DNA from: Zygnema circumcarinatum SAG 698-1b
Taxonomy: Eukaryota; Plantae; Zygnematophyceae
Direction: 5' to 3'
NCBI GenBank assembly: GCA_037447605.1
Contig: CM074820.1
Span: forward strand, 2,237,779-2,301,778
DNA length: 64,000 bases
Below, piece by piece: positions 1 through 17,700 of the stretch (position 1 is the stretch's first letter; each line of letters opens with the position of its first letter). The position numbers were made by a program, and so were the translations under genes. The notes below the pieces were generated by a model that was not told the origin of the DNA, searched no databases, and saw only the letters and a list, made by a program, of their open reading frames with translations.

Positions 1-39
1 CCCACCGCGGTGGAATGTTTGCAAATTGATTGATGTCAG

Positions 40-174
40 GATGAGCAGCGTAGCGATATTGAAAAAGCAATCGGCCCTCGTGCTTTGGACGCGCCAAGGA
101 GCGCCACCTCCGGAAGCACACGCACTCTCCTAGATGGTGCTGTCATCTTCCAGAAGGAGAAGCGTTTCCAGTAG
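40..174 (+). CDS. Possible terminal exon of an upstream gene (DEQRSDIEKAIGPRALDAPRSATSGSTRTLLDGAVIFQKEKRFQ*), product unknown
   Basis: AG acceptor (gatgtcag) at 38-39, followed by a 44-codon open frame ending in TAG at 172-174. No homology recognised. Confidence 0.25.
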   Translation, partial: DEQRSDIEKAIGPRALDAPRSATSGSTRTLLDGAVIFQKEKRFQ

Positions 175-647
175 ACAAAGCATCTGCCTCGCAAGTGCGA
201 AAAGATGTGGGATGCCCTCACACACACCAATCCCGTTTGCAGGGGACTCAGGAGAGCAGAGCTCAGATGGAGCTTGCCCAACTCCCGCTGTGCCAATAGC
301 TCAGCCAATGCAAAAAACCGCACCATTTTTAACAAAGCTGCCGGCTACTGCCTTGAGCCGGGCACCGTTGGGGCACCCTACCCTACACTACAATTACAGT
401 ACAGTACAGTCTACACTCTAGCCTACCGCTGCTCTGCGCTATTGTCGCAATGCCGCACGCTAAACCTTGCTTCTCGATCAAAACGCGCTGCACACTGCGG
501 GCAGGGCAGGCGACTCGCACACTGTCCACTGAGTAAAAGAATTCGTTTGCGTTGATGAGCCAGACAAGGACCTAGCCTCTCCAGATATCACAGTCAACTC
601 AACCAATCCTGAGACCTAAGTAAAAGCACACGAAAGAGGCGAATGCC

Positions 648-3600
648 TTAAGCTGAAGACTTTTCTGACTCTGGCGCCGGAAGTGCCGGCGTTGAAGCCT
701 CGTCCGGTTGAGCTGCCGACAATTCGAGTTGAGGGAGGGTGGCTTCAGGCGGAGGCGGTGCCTCTACCTCCTCTGAGGAGGCCTCGAGCACAGCCCCTCC
801 GCCGCCCTCCTCCCCGGTGCTGCCCTGCCCCTCATCGGAGAGCGCCCCTCCCGCCCCCTCCGCGGCCGCAGCGAGGCGCGGACCCTCCTTGCCGGCGCCG
901 TCGATGAGGCCTCCCACCCACATGGCAGCTGCTGCCGCGAATGAAAGCGGGCTCAAGAGAAACCTGCACAAAAGGTAGTCGCACTACGCAGTGGGTCAAA
1001 GGGCAGCCTCCTTTTCGCCATTATGATTGACTGGATACACGAGCGGGAGGTATTTTCACAATCGCGTGTGGAGGGGACAGTAGATTAAAGACATGTGTCG
1101 CCAGCGTCTGTACCAGCTGTCAATCTATATTCTACTGTAACATGTTATTTACGTTATGCAGGCGTTGTCTGGTCATGCAAACAATAATAAACAACGTTAA
1201 GGCGAGATATGGTTAGTGACACATCCAAATCCATGCAATTTGAGAGGAGTGCCGTACGTTGGTCATAGGAAAACAAGTGTCCTGTTCAGAGGGTTTACAG
1301 CTGCATTGATCACTTACAGAAGATCCGCCTTCACGTCCTCGACTGAGTCGTATGATTGGAACCGCGAGTACAAGACCTGCAAAAAGCCGTCAAAATGCAC
1401 AGCAATTTATTGGTGGTGTTCATCAAAAGCTGGATTATTCACTTAAATACGTGCCGCACTGGCAAGCCAAAACCATAACAAAACTACACTCTTATGAAGG
1501 CGTGACAAAACTCATTCTTCCCTTTGCAACTATCCGAACACATCCCTCGTCCAAATGCACCGTGTGCATCACACGCGACAAGATCAGAGCCTCACCCGCG
1601 CAATCGCCACAATGCCAAGAAGCTGCAGCGACTTCTCCCACTCTGCTCACAAACAGACCGTTCAGGTTAAGTCTCCGCCCTCTAGTGACAGGTGCGATGT
1701 ACACTGCGGCGGAGAGTTGTGTCGCTATGGACATTTCCCATGACACACTAGCGGGGACTTTACTGGACTGTTGGGTGCAACAAATGGCTCCACTCACAAC
1801 CTGACCTTTGTAGAAAAAGGAAAAAGCAACTGCTACTCAATAACGAAGGATTGGAGAGGCATACACCGATGTTCAGAAGACCTAACATCATGCTAATGAA
1901 CTGATTATACCGACGAACCCAACAAAGGACTGAAAATGAAAGTACAACGGCAACCAACCTGTGACAGCATATGCAGCCAGTCCGATGCCCTGCCCAAGAA
2001 CAAAAAGCAAAGCGAAAAGTCTGTTAGGCATTGAGCCCCCAATAGATATCCGAAGCCTACGAAGATAAGCTATGGATTCTGATAATAGGCCTCAGAACAC
2101 TTAAACCGTGATTGGGTTCACGGTAGGCAGAGAGTGAATGTCTAGCTTCAATCGAGTTAATTATCGGGCAATCACAACACAATACCTACAGCTAAATGGA
2201 ACCAATCAGTAGGAAACAGCTGCTGAACACTGTGCTACGTTGCACACTGCACATTTGGGTTACCGAACAGCGCAGTCGAGCCTGCCCACCACTGAACCTA
2301 ATATGCGTTTGGATAGCCAATTCATTTAGCCGCATTCTAACCCATGACAAGGCGAAACACAGGCTCCTTCACAGAGGGGACATGAGAGCGACTTGTTCCT
2401 ACTTTACGAAGTAGGAACAAGTCGCTCTCATGATCAGGAAGGCATGGAAGCATTTGCCACAGAAACCGTCTGAAGGTGCTAACCTCCATCCAAACAACAA
2501 TGAGGAGGATGACGAGGTCACAACCACTACGAAGCAGTGTCAAGTTCACAACTGGGGTCACAAGAATTCAAGGTCATACAATCTTCTCCAATTGCCGTCG
2601 ATTCCTTTAAAAAATCATGGCGCATCGAGAGGGCAGAACGCCGTGGATCGAAACCGAGCAGAGAATCAGAGGCAAGCACGCGGGCGGGTACTTACAACGG
2701 CGACACTTGCCACACCGAGAGGTGTTGGTCGCACTTCCTCCACAAAAGCCTCCGCCTCCTGCAAGACGCGCCACGCACCTCCCTCGTCACCGCCCTGGAC
2801 ATGATGGTGGAGATGCCACGATGGAGGGTATCCCTGGTCTCCATAGCTCGTTCCCTCCCCTTCCCCTCCCGCCTTCCTTCCTTTCTTCCTTTTCTTCCTT
2901 TTCTTTCTTTCTTCCCTTCCTCCCTTCCTTCCTTTCTTCCTTTCCTTTCCCTTCCTTTCTTCTTCCCCTCCCTCCGCAGCTCACCTGCTTGAGCAGCACC
3001 GCGATGGACTCCGGCGCGTCCGGCTTCGTGCGGAGGGAGCGCGCCCACGCCTGGAAGCCTCCGCCCACACGGTACGACCTCTGCTCCATGCCCCCCCCCC
3101 CCCCCCNNNNNNNNNNCCCCCCCCCCCCCCCCAAGCGCACAGGACATAAGGCACGGGTCCGGCAGCGACTGAATGCACTGTTTCAAGCTTAGGACGGTGA
3201 TAGCCTTCCAGAGCAAGCCTTAGGTCTCGTAATGTGGACCAAAGCCATTAAGACCAGTGGCACTCGCGAGTCTGATGCACTGTTTGTACATCTGTTTGTA
3301 CTGTTTGTGCTTCGTACTGGCTGGAATACCCTCCTTAGGGATTTCGCAGGACCGCCACATTGTAGTCTTTTCTACTGGCCTGCAAATTCTTCAACCCTGC
3401 TCAGCACAACAACCGTTGATTGGGCGGGGAAGTTCACACAAGTTTCACAGCGCTCTTTCCAAAGCCCACACTGCCAGTGTCGCTTCACCAGTGAGCCGTG
3501 GATCCAACAGTCCTTTATGGATCCACTGTTTCCCAAACATACTCAATATCATACTTTGCAGGGCGGCTGTTCAATTGATACATGCAGAAGCACGCCGTGG

Positions 3601-6600
3601 CGGGTACATAATCACAGAGGTTGAGGAGCCGTTCCGTATACCGGCAAAAGCCGCTCAAACACACGATACTTGGGATGTATGGCCAACCCCAGACGGAGTC
3701 ACTCGCTTGCGCTGCCTTATTCATAGCTACCACGGTACACATCAGAATTCCTTTCGGCTCGCATCCAGACATTCCAATTCATCCACCTTTACATGGCAGG
3801 TGAGATGTAATGGTTGACTAAAGGGCAATCCTTTTTTGTACAGCGTTAGTTTTCCGGAGCCCTGGTGCAGCCTTACCCCAAATCCTCCGTACTTCCGCAG
3901 CGCACGGGCCACCTCGCGAGCTTCGTCGCTTCCGGCATCGTCCATTACCAGCACCTTGGCGCCCGCCTGTCCGTACACGCCACGTCAGCGCATAGAGTCA
4001 GCACACTCTTGTTTACTGAACTACTGGACAGGGAAGCTGAGCTCAAGTTACCCGGCTTCCACCGAAGCCCGCATGACAATAATTTAAAATTCACAAATGC
4101 CCGGGAAAGAAGAGAACAAGATCTCACTCCAACTCCCTTGAGGCCGCGCACTTTTGCAGCCATGACTTTTGCGTCGACCTCGTCCGGATTGGTCAGCAAA
4201 CCTCTTACGGGCCCCGAAACCTGCGGAGGTTCGCATAACACACGTTGCGCTTACGCTGACGAAGGAAAATCTGGTGGGGAGAGCATAACCAACTGAATGG
4301 GAAGGAATAAAAGTGACATCAATGAAGCTGACACAGGCAAGGACCATCCTTTTGAGAATGTTGAGTACCTCGGCAAAGCATAACCATTTCCCATGTCAAC
4401 TAGAAAAGTGATGAGTCATGCATCATGCTGAACAATGTAGGTTCAGGGTATTTAAGGGTTTTAGGGTTGTAGGCCAAGGCCCGACGTCCCTCTGGTAAAA
4501 TGAGCATGACGAACTGCTGAGTCACATTCTGCCCAAACTCGACACGGTACAGAATGGGCCAGTGGTTGCCAGTCTGTTGCCGTCAACGTATGAGTTGCAT
4601 AGGGGAAGAAATAACGATGGCACCGCCAGAGGACTGGACTACGCGAGAGACCTTTTCAGATTGGCTGAGAAGGTGCCCCATTTCTAACCTGGCAGTCTTA
4701 CTGTGTATGAAAGTACAATAACAAAATCACAGTGCAATCTGATTCAACTTGTGATAACTCGGGCCAATTCGCACCAAGAAATCCTATCAGGTAACTACAC
4801 CTTTCTTCCAGACAGGCTTCACATCTAGCTCGCCCAAGTAAACCTTCCTGCCCGTTTAGAGGAAGCATCCCTTTCAGCCCTACCCCGGCCCATGGGTCAC
4901 GACACGTACCCGTTCAAACTCCACGGAAGCGTCTTTGAAGCGAGCCCCTCGTCTAAGGTCGGGAATGCCGTCCTCGTCCCGCAGGCTCTGCAAGCAGATC
5001 AATCGGTGGACATAATGGTCACTTCATTTATCAAGAAAGCCATTAACTTTACCAATGAAGGCCTGTACCGATGTCAATCTAGCAGTCCTGGTCACTAATT
5101 TTGCATCCTGCTCAAGAAAGGCTCGGTTAACAAATACACCTTCCACCAATGCTTTCGCATTTGACTCTAGGTGATGGGGGCAAAAACTCTCGTCTATATG
5201 CCACCTTCCTGGGTGATCCCTAGTCGGTAAGCAGAGCTTGCTGTATCCCATAGTTCCGGTCGAGCACAGTAAAGGCATGGCAATGTAACACGAGACTAGA
5301 ACCGCTGTACCACGGATGGAAGAGCTCAATACCACCACAGTACACTATCACTCATTTGAGTAAGGTTACAGCTGACTTGCTACTCTGCCTCAAACCATTC
5401 CAGCTTGATCAAGAGTCATAAGATACTAGGGGATTGATGACACCTGTGCGGCATCAAAGGCCAAGTGCTCTGCAGACAAGACCACCGAGACAGCAGACGA
5501 AGAGAACACGAACGGGGGCATCAAACCTGCGGACGGATATCGAGGAGTAGCGCATCAAACTCTTCCTTGAGAAGTTGCAACGAATCCTCCGGTGACAGAT
5601 CTCCAGAATATCCTGCGGCCTGGGCTCGCTGGTAAAAGAATCTGTGACACAAAAGGAAAGAATCTCAGACGGACCCAACACTGTGTTGGAGCTCAAAGGA
5701 TGTAATCAATACGATTTCCAAGAAAAATGCACTGACCAGGACTCCAGCTTTCAGCAATTGTAAGGTATACTCTTATAACAATGGAGTTTTGTGTTTTCTT
5801 CCCATAAAGCGAATCATTACAGCAAGTATGCTATAAAAAAAAACGATAAGTGCTAACTGCCGATAGGCTATGACACGTAACTCCATTTGACTGTAGAAGA
5901 CATAGGGCCATCCTCCATCTCTGCTGTAGTGCGTCCTCACATTCACTATGGGACCAGGCTTTGTCGCTGACAATTTTATGCGGGAGAGAGTGCTCCTGTG
6001 CGCGATGGACGCACTCACATGAACACGGCGGTGCCACCGGCGACCACAATGGATGCTGCGACGGGGGCGATGAGGGGGTCGTCGGGATCAAGGCCCACAA
6101 GGACTTCAGCCGAGCGAAACGCAGTGTTTGCAGCTGCTCCAAGCTGAAGCACAGCATAGCGTACCGGCAGCCCAGGGGTACATTAAAGGACAGAAAAGCA
6201 CCATGTCTGTTTTGCCAATAAGGTGGAGAATTCCAACTAATACAACGTAGAAGCCAATGAGACCAACTCCGATTAGTAACACAGACCTTCATCTGAGGCC
6301 AAAAGATGAAACGACAGGCTAGTGATTTGCGACTGCTGCATGTCCCTAAAGTGCACTTACACCAATATCATACTCCAGCTTCCAAATGGCTCTTTTCATT
6401 CATTCACGAGCGCTTTGGAGTTTGTCGGAAGCTCAATTCATCATCGGTTACAGCACATGCAGTTGCTGCTTTAGAGAGAACAGCTCTCACATAGGCTGAA
6501 ACGATTGCATACCTGCAACAAAGCCTTCTTGATAAAGATGGTGGTAGGACCTGACGCCTCCTGAACCTTCTCCTCTACCACCTCCAACACTGACAATGCT

Positions 6601-8982
6601 TCGGGTGGCAGCTGCTCCTTAATGGTGAGGTAGAGCTTTCCCGCCACCTGTCCTGTCGCTGTCCCCACCTGCGAGAACGTGGTGGCTGCAGCCTGCGATG
6701 TTGTACTGAGCACAGCCTCGGCCGCATTAACAACTTCCGGTGGGAGATCAATCCGTGGAATTGGGGGAGGAGAAGGTAACGGGGGTAAAGGTGGCAATCC
6801 CAGTTGCTCCGCTACTCCACCCACTGCCGCTTTGCTGCTTTCCACAGACCTGCTCAGAGCCTGTTCGGATGTCTGAAGGACACCATTGACAGAGTCAACT
6901 ACCGAGTTAACAATAGAACTTAACGACTCCTTTCCAGTATTCACAGCTCCAGTAACGGCTTCGTTTACGCTAGTCACCGCATTGCTCAGCGCTTCTTGCG
7001 CTGCAACAATTGGATTAACGTCTGGTAAAGGTGCCTCTTTTGCAGGCTCACTACTGCCTCCGCCCAGCAGCTCCCTATACCGATCTGCAGCGGACTTCAA
7101 TTCACTTACGGTCTGTTCTGCGGCATCTGTAGGCGTTTCGCTCAAAAAGCTACTAGGTGCGTCTAAGCCAGGGCTAGTTGTCGCATCCAGCAACGCAGAC
7201 GTCGGATCCCCTACACTTCCTGATGCATCTCTAATCGACTCCTGTGCGGCTTCAGCATCACTTAGCGCACCCTTTGTAACTGACTCGAATACTTCTGGAG
7301 GGCCTGATTCCTCTCCTGCTTGGAGGGTTCCTGTTACAGCGACATTCAGCAAGGTGACAGGCTCAACCTCCAGGGGAGCAGAAACACTGCTATCCTCTAC
7401 AGCCGATAGGTCAGCTTCTGCGACTGAAGTTGAGAGCCATGCCATGGATGAGTCGAATGGGAGTACACTTTCAGTGAGTGGCAGTCGACTGAAACTGCCA
7501 TCTAGTCCAGTCAGAGTTCCTTCCTCGGCGAAAGCTGGTTCTGTTCCAAACAGACAGAAACCTCAACCCAGAATTCAATAGCAAACATCGGCTATTCACT
7601 TTTCACACATCACGAATTGTTTTGATGGTCCATTTATAATTAGGATATCTTCAAGTTGCGCTTGCTGAGCCAAACGAAGTTCACAAAACCCTCGTCTAGA
7701 ACAGGTATCTCTTGTTTGAGTGCTTCATTTTCCTTCACGATCGTCAGTGCCCTTGTGCTCAAGTATGCCACCCGTTGGCTTTCTCCTTTCCTAAATCTGC
7801 TTAACGATACACAGGGTGTGAACAATTCGCTAGTTGTCAACAGTTTCTTACCTGTGAGTTCGTGTAGTGTTAAAAGGCTTCCAGCAACGACTCTTGTTTT
7901 CACTGTTGGCTGCAGTCGCCTCTTCACTTCTAGTCTTGAATGGGTTGTCGATCTCCACCGCTCCGCAGAAGTCGTAACGTTAGTCCGCGTCACTGTTGCT
8001 GTCCTCCTTGTTCCGAGAAAAGATGGCTTCAGGACCCGAGTTATGGCAGCCTGCATAACCCCGAGCTGCCGGAGTTCAATCTCACATTGTAACATATGCT
8101 CTGCTGCGCACAGGGCTTAGGCGCACAGAAGATTTGTGCTAAGAAGGAGACTGCTGTGAAAGGAGCAAGAGACAGGAGGGACAAATGGGAAGATAGGTTG
8201 GTCCTGGGGAGGTTCAGCGGAGTAAAAACGGACCTCCATCCAAAGGTTGCAGGGAAACATGACGGCTCAGACTAGCCTTTCTAGACGCATGCTGCCATGG
8301 CAATGCCTCACGAACAAAAGAGGCTTCGTGCGTGCATCTATTTCTGAACAACCATTGTGTCTCGCATTGATTCTTACAGCTTCCGCCACAAAGGGAATAA
8401 ATTTGCTGGGGCATTTGCAAGGGGAAACATCATTCTCAATACTTAGCGGCCTCTGGAGATATCAGACGAGGAATTATTTTTCCTTTTAAACTTAGCTGAA
8501 GTTGCAACCACAGGGAAAACCGAAAGGTCTAGTTCACACAGACAGCGCTCAGCCATGGATGCGGATGACCACATCAAGATGTAGACGACAGCTAAGGTTA
8601 AGACTATTTCAGCTTGCATAGCTGCATTGTCAAAGTAGACACGTAAAAAATGAGTGAGGAGGATGCACGAGTGATTCTTCTGTCTGGAACAATTCATTAC
8701 TCCACACCTCACCTCTCCAAAAAAACTGCTGGACACAAACGTGGAGGATATGGAAAATGCACTATGAGAAATGGCGACGTCAAGGACGAGAACCAGCTTC
8801 CGTGCAAAGGCGCCAGCTGTCTGCTGCAGGTCTCCAGGCGGCGCCCGACAGCCTGCCTCCACGAGCTGCGAGACAGGCCGGAGAGCAGGGCACGCGGGGG
8901 GTGGGAAACTCACAGGCGGGGGCGCCGCGCAGGGAAGGGCGGAGCCGCGGGCGGCCGCGGCGGCGGGGGAGCGCATGGCCAT
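648..8982 (-). CDS. Chloroplast rhodanese-like domain protein, At3g59780 / calcium-sensing-receptor(CAS)-like family, multi-exon
   Basis: GT-AG exons I translated on the minus strand: ~8095-7690 (transit-peptide-like), 7540-6513 (acidic low-complexity), ~6143-6019 (GLDPDDPLIAP), ~5641-5528 (GYSGDLSPEDSLQLLKEEFDALLLDIRPQ), ~4987-4910 (DGIPDLRRGARFKDASV), 4220-4128, 3966-3877 (KVLVMDD), 3080-2985 (SYRVGGGFQAW), 2758-2696, 1989-1959, ~1643-1596 (WEKSLQLLG), ~1377-1318, ~965-648 (TAA). Motifs are collinear with the At3g59780 family as I recall it. The start is uncertain (ATG at 8982, 8095 or ~8056). Confidence 0.85.
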
Positions 8983-9927
8983 GGCCTCCTCGGCTCGCCT
9001 CGCCTCGCCTTGCTCCTCTCCTTTCTCCTCTCTCCTCTCTCTCCTCTCCGCTCTGCCCGCCGGAGGGAGCTGGAGCCGCACCCCCGTACAGACGGACGGA
9101 CGACCGCCGTATGAAACCGTACTGATTGTACGGAATGTGAAGCGGCCGCAGTCCGTACGGCCCGCCTCGGCCTCGCCCTCGCCCTCGCCCACGGCCACAG
9201 ACAGACGAAGGGGAGGGGAGGCGGAGCCCTGCGCTCGCTCGCTCGCTCCTCCTCCCCTCGCTCGCTCGCTCGCGGCCTGCAGTGCATTGCAGTGCAGTGC
9301 AGAGCAGTCTGAAGCACCGACCAAGTCCGACAAGGACTGCCGTATGCTTTTCCTGGAATTTGCATGGAGAAGTTGCAGACATCGCAAGCATACTGTCTAC
9401 ATAGATAGCTGTCTTTCAAGAAGCAGGACAGCAGTGTGTTTTGTCTTTTACAGGTACAGCTATGAATTGCAAGAAATTTCGAATTATTTTCTGTCACTCG
9501 ACATTATTCAATATCGCTGGTCGCTGATTCGCTGATTGAAGTCATGGGATGTCATATTTGACTTTCACTCTCTACCGTGTTATTTGCTGTATGCTGGGCG
9601 GTTCACATGATTTTGTTTATCCTTACAATGTACAGATTTAGCAAGCAAACAGAGGATAAAAGACCGAACTTCACGGTTTCGCGTTCAGCCTATGGAGTAT
9701 TCACTTTTCAAAACAGATATTTTCATTACGAAACTCGATACTCCGACCGTTATACACATCAACCGGCAGCGAATTCAGCAAATGCTACACCACTAGGATT
9801 CCGAAGAAACTCAATTTATTCTGTTTACGGTCCACGACACAATTTGACATCAACAATCACTCTGTCTATCGCCTAACCTTTAAAGGAAAAATGTTATACA
9901 ACTTTAAGGCATGCAGTCATCCCTCGG

Positions 9928-13863
<3,936 letters not shown>

Positions 13864-13985
13864 TCAGAGGCTGCTAGCGGCAAAACAAACGGCTAGGCTC
13901 TAAGGTCAGCGGCAGGCAGGGAGCGAACGGCGAAGTGGCGAGGAGGGAGGCGCGCTATAAGGGGGGTCGAAGGGGGGCGCGGGGC

Positions 13986-14174
13986 TTCCAGAGGCTGACC
14001 AGTCCAGGCCCTTTCCAGAAGGGAACGGAAGGGAACCCAAACTTTCCAGAAGCGAACCAACCAACCGCCCTCCCGCCGGTGGACGGCGGACGGCGGAGAT
14101 GCCTCGGCTCGCGCGGGGCGCGCGTGCAGCCGTGGATCGGCGGCGTACGGCGCGGGCCCGCGAGGCTTCTAGAA
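13986..14174. promoter_or_regulatory. Heat-shock element cluster upstream of HSP90
   Basis: nTTCnnGAAn units at 14013-14020 (ttccagaa), 14044-14051 (ttccagaa) and 14167-14174 (ttctagaa), plus an imperfect unit at 13986. They lie 130-320 bp upstream of the HSP90 ATG. A TATA-like motif is at 13956-13960. Confidence 0.75.
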
Positions 14175-14779
14175 CACCGCGCCGCGCGTCGCAGTCAACC
14201 CTTTGCCGGTCGGCACCGCTCCGCCCGGCCGCCGGCAGACGCGTACGGCCGCCGGCTACCGTACAGCCCGCCCGGCGCTTCCGCGTCACGAATCACGCTG
14301 TTGATCGGCTTGGTCGAGTGCGCCACTGAATGACTGACTGATCGGCAGCTTGACTGACTGATTGCCTGTTTGACTGACTGACTGGTTGACTGACTGCCTC
14401 TGTTTGATTGACTGTTTGACTGACTCGTCCGTCCGTCCGATGGCCTTGCGGGCCGGGCCGGGAGCATTGGAGCTACCGCGAGCGAGTGAGCCGCGCTCCG
14501 TCCGCGCATGTGCGAGTACATCAACTCCGCCGCGTGCTTTGTTTGTTTGTTTGTTTGTTTGAAGCTGCGCTGTCCCAACAATCTCCTCCGCACGCACGCA
14601 TGCCATCACAAAGAGGCCCGTCCGCAATGTGCAAGTGTCCAAGGAGCACTCAACATTTCGATTCCATACATTAGCAAGCTCAATAAGGTTGTCGATTATA
14701 CCCAAAAAAACAACAACAGCGGCACACAGGTCCATCGATACAGTTGTCGCGCGCTCTTGCAGAGCATAGCACTATTCAG

Positions 14780-17700
14780 TCAGTCAGTCAGTCGGCGCGC
14801 GAGCGCGGCCTCCATCGCGAGGCGGCGCGCGGCGAGGCGGCCGTACGCTCTGCGCAGGTCGGCGCCGCCCGCGGGCTGCGCGGGCCGGAGCGCCGCCGCA
14901 TTGTCGGCCTCGCCCTCGCCCTCGCCCTCGCCCTCGCACGCGCGGAGGAGCGCGGCGAAGGGCACGAAGGCCCCGCGCGCGCGGCAGAGCCACCCGTGGA
15001 AGGCCCGCAGCGCCGCGCCCAAAGAGGCCGAGTCTGCGCCAGAGAGACAGGCAGGCAGGCAGGCAGGCAGGCAGAGGGTCAGTGCACAGGAGGGCGCCCC
15101 AGCCTCTCACCAAACGAACACCACACCTGTGTCCTATTCATGGAGGATTTCCTCTACAAACTTCTCGATATTATTCATATTCCCATCCGTTTAGTTAAAG
15201 AGCAGGAGGCTTCATCTTAGGAACAAACAGCTTGCAATTGCATTATCTTAAATACACAATCCATCAACGCCTTGCGCTCATGCCCTTTGTCCCCAATTAC
15301 CAGGCAAGCTATCCAAAGGAAGGAGCAATCAACTTGGAGTTTTGCACCACTACAGGACCTGCTCGGCCATTCAATTTACTCTTCGAGTGCTCTTCTCATG
15401 ACGAACTCGACCCCAAACGAATCATATATGCAATGATTAATAAAGCATAGCAATTTGAAGATGGCTATTATGGCAAATAATTCATCGACTTGGATGCATT
15501 CATATAAAAAAAAAAAAAAAAAAAACCCACACTTCTTAACAAAACGGCATGAATGACAAGACTTGAGGACACCCCGGCCATGCCCCTCCCGCACCCCCTT
15601 CTCGTTCGTTCGCCCCTCACAGAGGAGGAGCCGCGCGTACCCGAGCGGTCCGCGGTGTAGACGGGGCACCCGAACACGAGCGCGGCCTGCTCGAGGAGCC
15701 GCGCGTTGCCCGACCCGCCGCCGGTCGCGACCACGCGCGCGGGGGGGCTCGGCAGGCCCATGCGCTCCGCGTGGCCGCGCATGGCGACCATCTGCCCCTC
15801 CACAAGGGCTCGCACCTGAACCACAAACAAAAAAAAAAAATTCAGATTCGGGCCCCGCTGCCTGTGCCCCCAAGCAGTCAAAATGGGACGGTGAAGCAGT
15901 TTTGCTGGTCAGATGATTCTTTTAATTCTGCATTTTATAAGAGTGGTCGTACGGAGATACAGAAAACAGGCAGATTACAAAGACACTCCCATCACAGTCA
16001 CGACTTTGGACGCGTGTTCATCCAAAAGCAAAACAGACGTGATCTCACCTCTCTTGCAGGAGTGAAGTCAGAAACCGGCTTGGCTTCACTAGAGCTGCCA
16101 TTGCTCTCTTCCACAATGAACCGATGAACACCGGCTGCAGATGTCACATCGGAGTAAGGCTGCTAAATTCAGCAGAACATGTGAAGCAAGTGGCACGCTG
16201 GACACATCGTAGATTCAGAACAACTTTGAGGGGCAAGTTGGCACCTGGCAAAGGGGGTAATATCTCTGAGTCACGATAGTAAAAGCCCACGTAGCCATCT
16301 GCAAGCGTAAAACCAACATGCAAAAAGAAAATCCTTTTCAGAAACGAAAGTCAAACTGCTACATATTGTTGTACTGTCTTAATGCCCAAACCATCCTCGA
16401 GAAAATAAAAAGAAATGCAGAATCAGTGGAACCTTCCTGTAGACAACACTTACATAAATCACTATACACCGATACATGAATGAGCACCCTTACTTTTAAA
16501 AGTTGTCACAAGAGAGAAGTTAAGCATTTGTATGCAGCCATCATTCCTTGATTCTCAGCTCACTTTGCCATTACATACAGAGCTCGATGCTGTTAGTTGT
16601 TCCATGTTTCATAGAAGTGTGTAGAATGCGTTTCAACAAGGTAATGTTGAAGGGAGGGCTTCAGGCATGCCAACCATTAAGGGGCGGCGTGGCCGCGAGG
16701 AGGTCGTTGAAGGTCTCCCACGAGCCCTCCGCCACGCGGTCGCGCACTTCTGCCAGCGCGGAGGGCATGCTAAATCCATAGATTACTAAAAGCATTTATG
16801 AATCATTTAGCTGTGGGACAGCTGATTGGGCTCTGCTATTGAGTACAGAAGGTCGAAATGAAGAAGTCGTGAGTTTCAAGCCCCGTTCTTTTGAACAGTC
16901 TGCACAGGTCTTGCTGACCTTGGCGAGCTAACGAGCCGTTCTTGTAGCAGAGCATCGCCATGAAGCTGCCCGGGTCCACCGGGTTCGGGAACACGTGTCC
17001 CTCCGTCCCCGGCTTTGGCTCACGGACAACTCCGAACACCTGTGAGATAAAGTGAGAGTCAAGCGTTCTCCCAGCCGTGCGAGCGGATATCCATGTAGTG
17101 GAACTGAATGAAAGGAAGCAGCACAACGTAAGCCTGAAGTTTCCCAGTCTGCCAGGCTACCGTGTCACTTGTTCCAAAGCTGATGGCCAGGTCACCGGGT
17201 CGATCCAAAGCCAATCCTGAGAAGAGCAAACCCAATAGGGTATCTCACCCCCATTGTATGCTTTCTCGCTCTGCATCCACTAAAACGTGACACCATTTTT
17301 TCTTTTTGGCATTTACCTATACTACCTGGAAAGGAAAAAAGAAGAAAAATTCTTTGCTGAATATGCTGATGTCTTGAAGCTGACCTCAAAGGTGCACAAG
17401 AGAGTTCGTACCGGCCAGGCTGCAAGGGTTATCGCCTGACCAAGTTACAACTTCGCACTCCGGGTTGAATCCGTATCTGACAGAATGATGTTTCCATCAA
17501 AAGGGGAGCACAGGCAAATAAATCGTTTAGAAAACCTGACAGGCCGGTCTGCAGTTATCTTGGTCTCACGCATGCCTGCCAGGGGTCTATTTATTTGTTA
17601 TGGCTCGTTGCACATCACATTTCAAGGCGCGACAGTCTTCATTAAATGCCTATCTCACACGAAACAGGCCTCCATATTCTACCCTTTACTTGGACGGCTT

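Noticed and set aside
3232-5338. Intronic or antisense ORFs 3257-3817(+), 3865-4296(+), 5024-5338(-) as nested genes
   Set aside because: No recognisable domains or consistent exon chain; they overlap or lie within the rhodanese gene's introns and exons.
7520-7540. A-F-A|EE motif resembling a thylakoid processing peptidase site in the rhodanese protein
   Set aside because: With the inferred splice the upstream context is IPVLDEEP, lacking the hydrophobic stretch needed for a lumen signal.
14286-15220. GC-rich ORFs between HSP90 and XK2 as a separate gene
   Set aside because: Explained by the last XK2 exon (15033-14780) and its microsatellite-rich 3' UTR.
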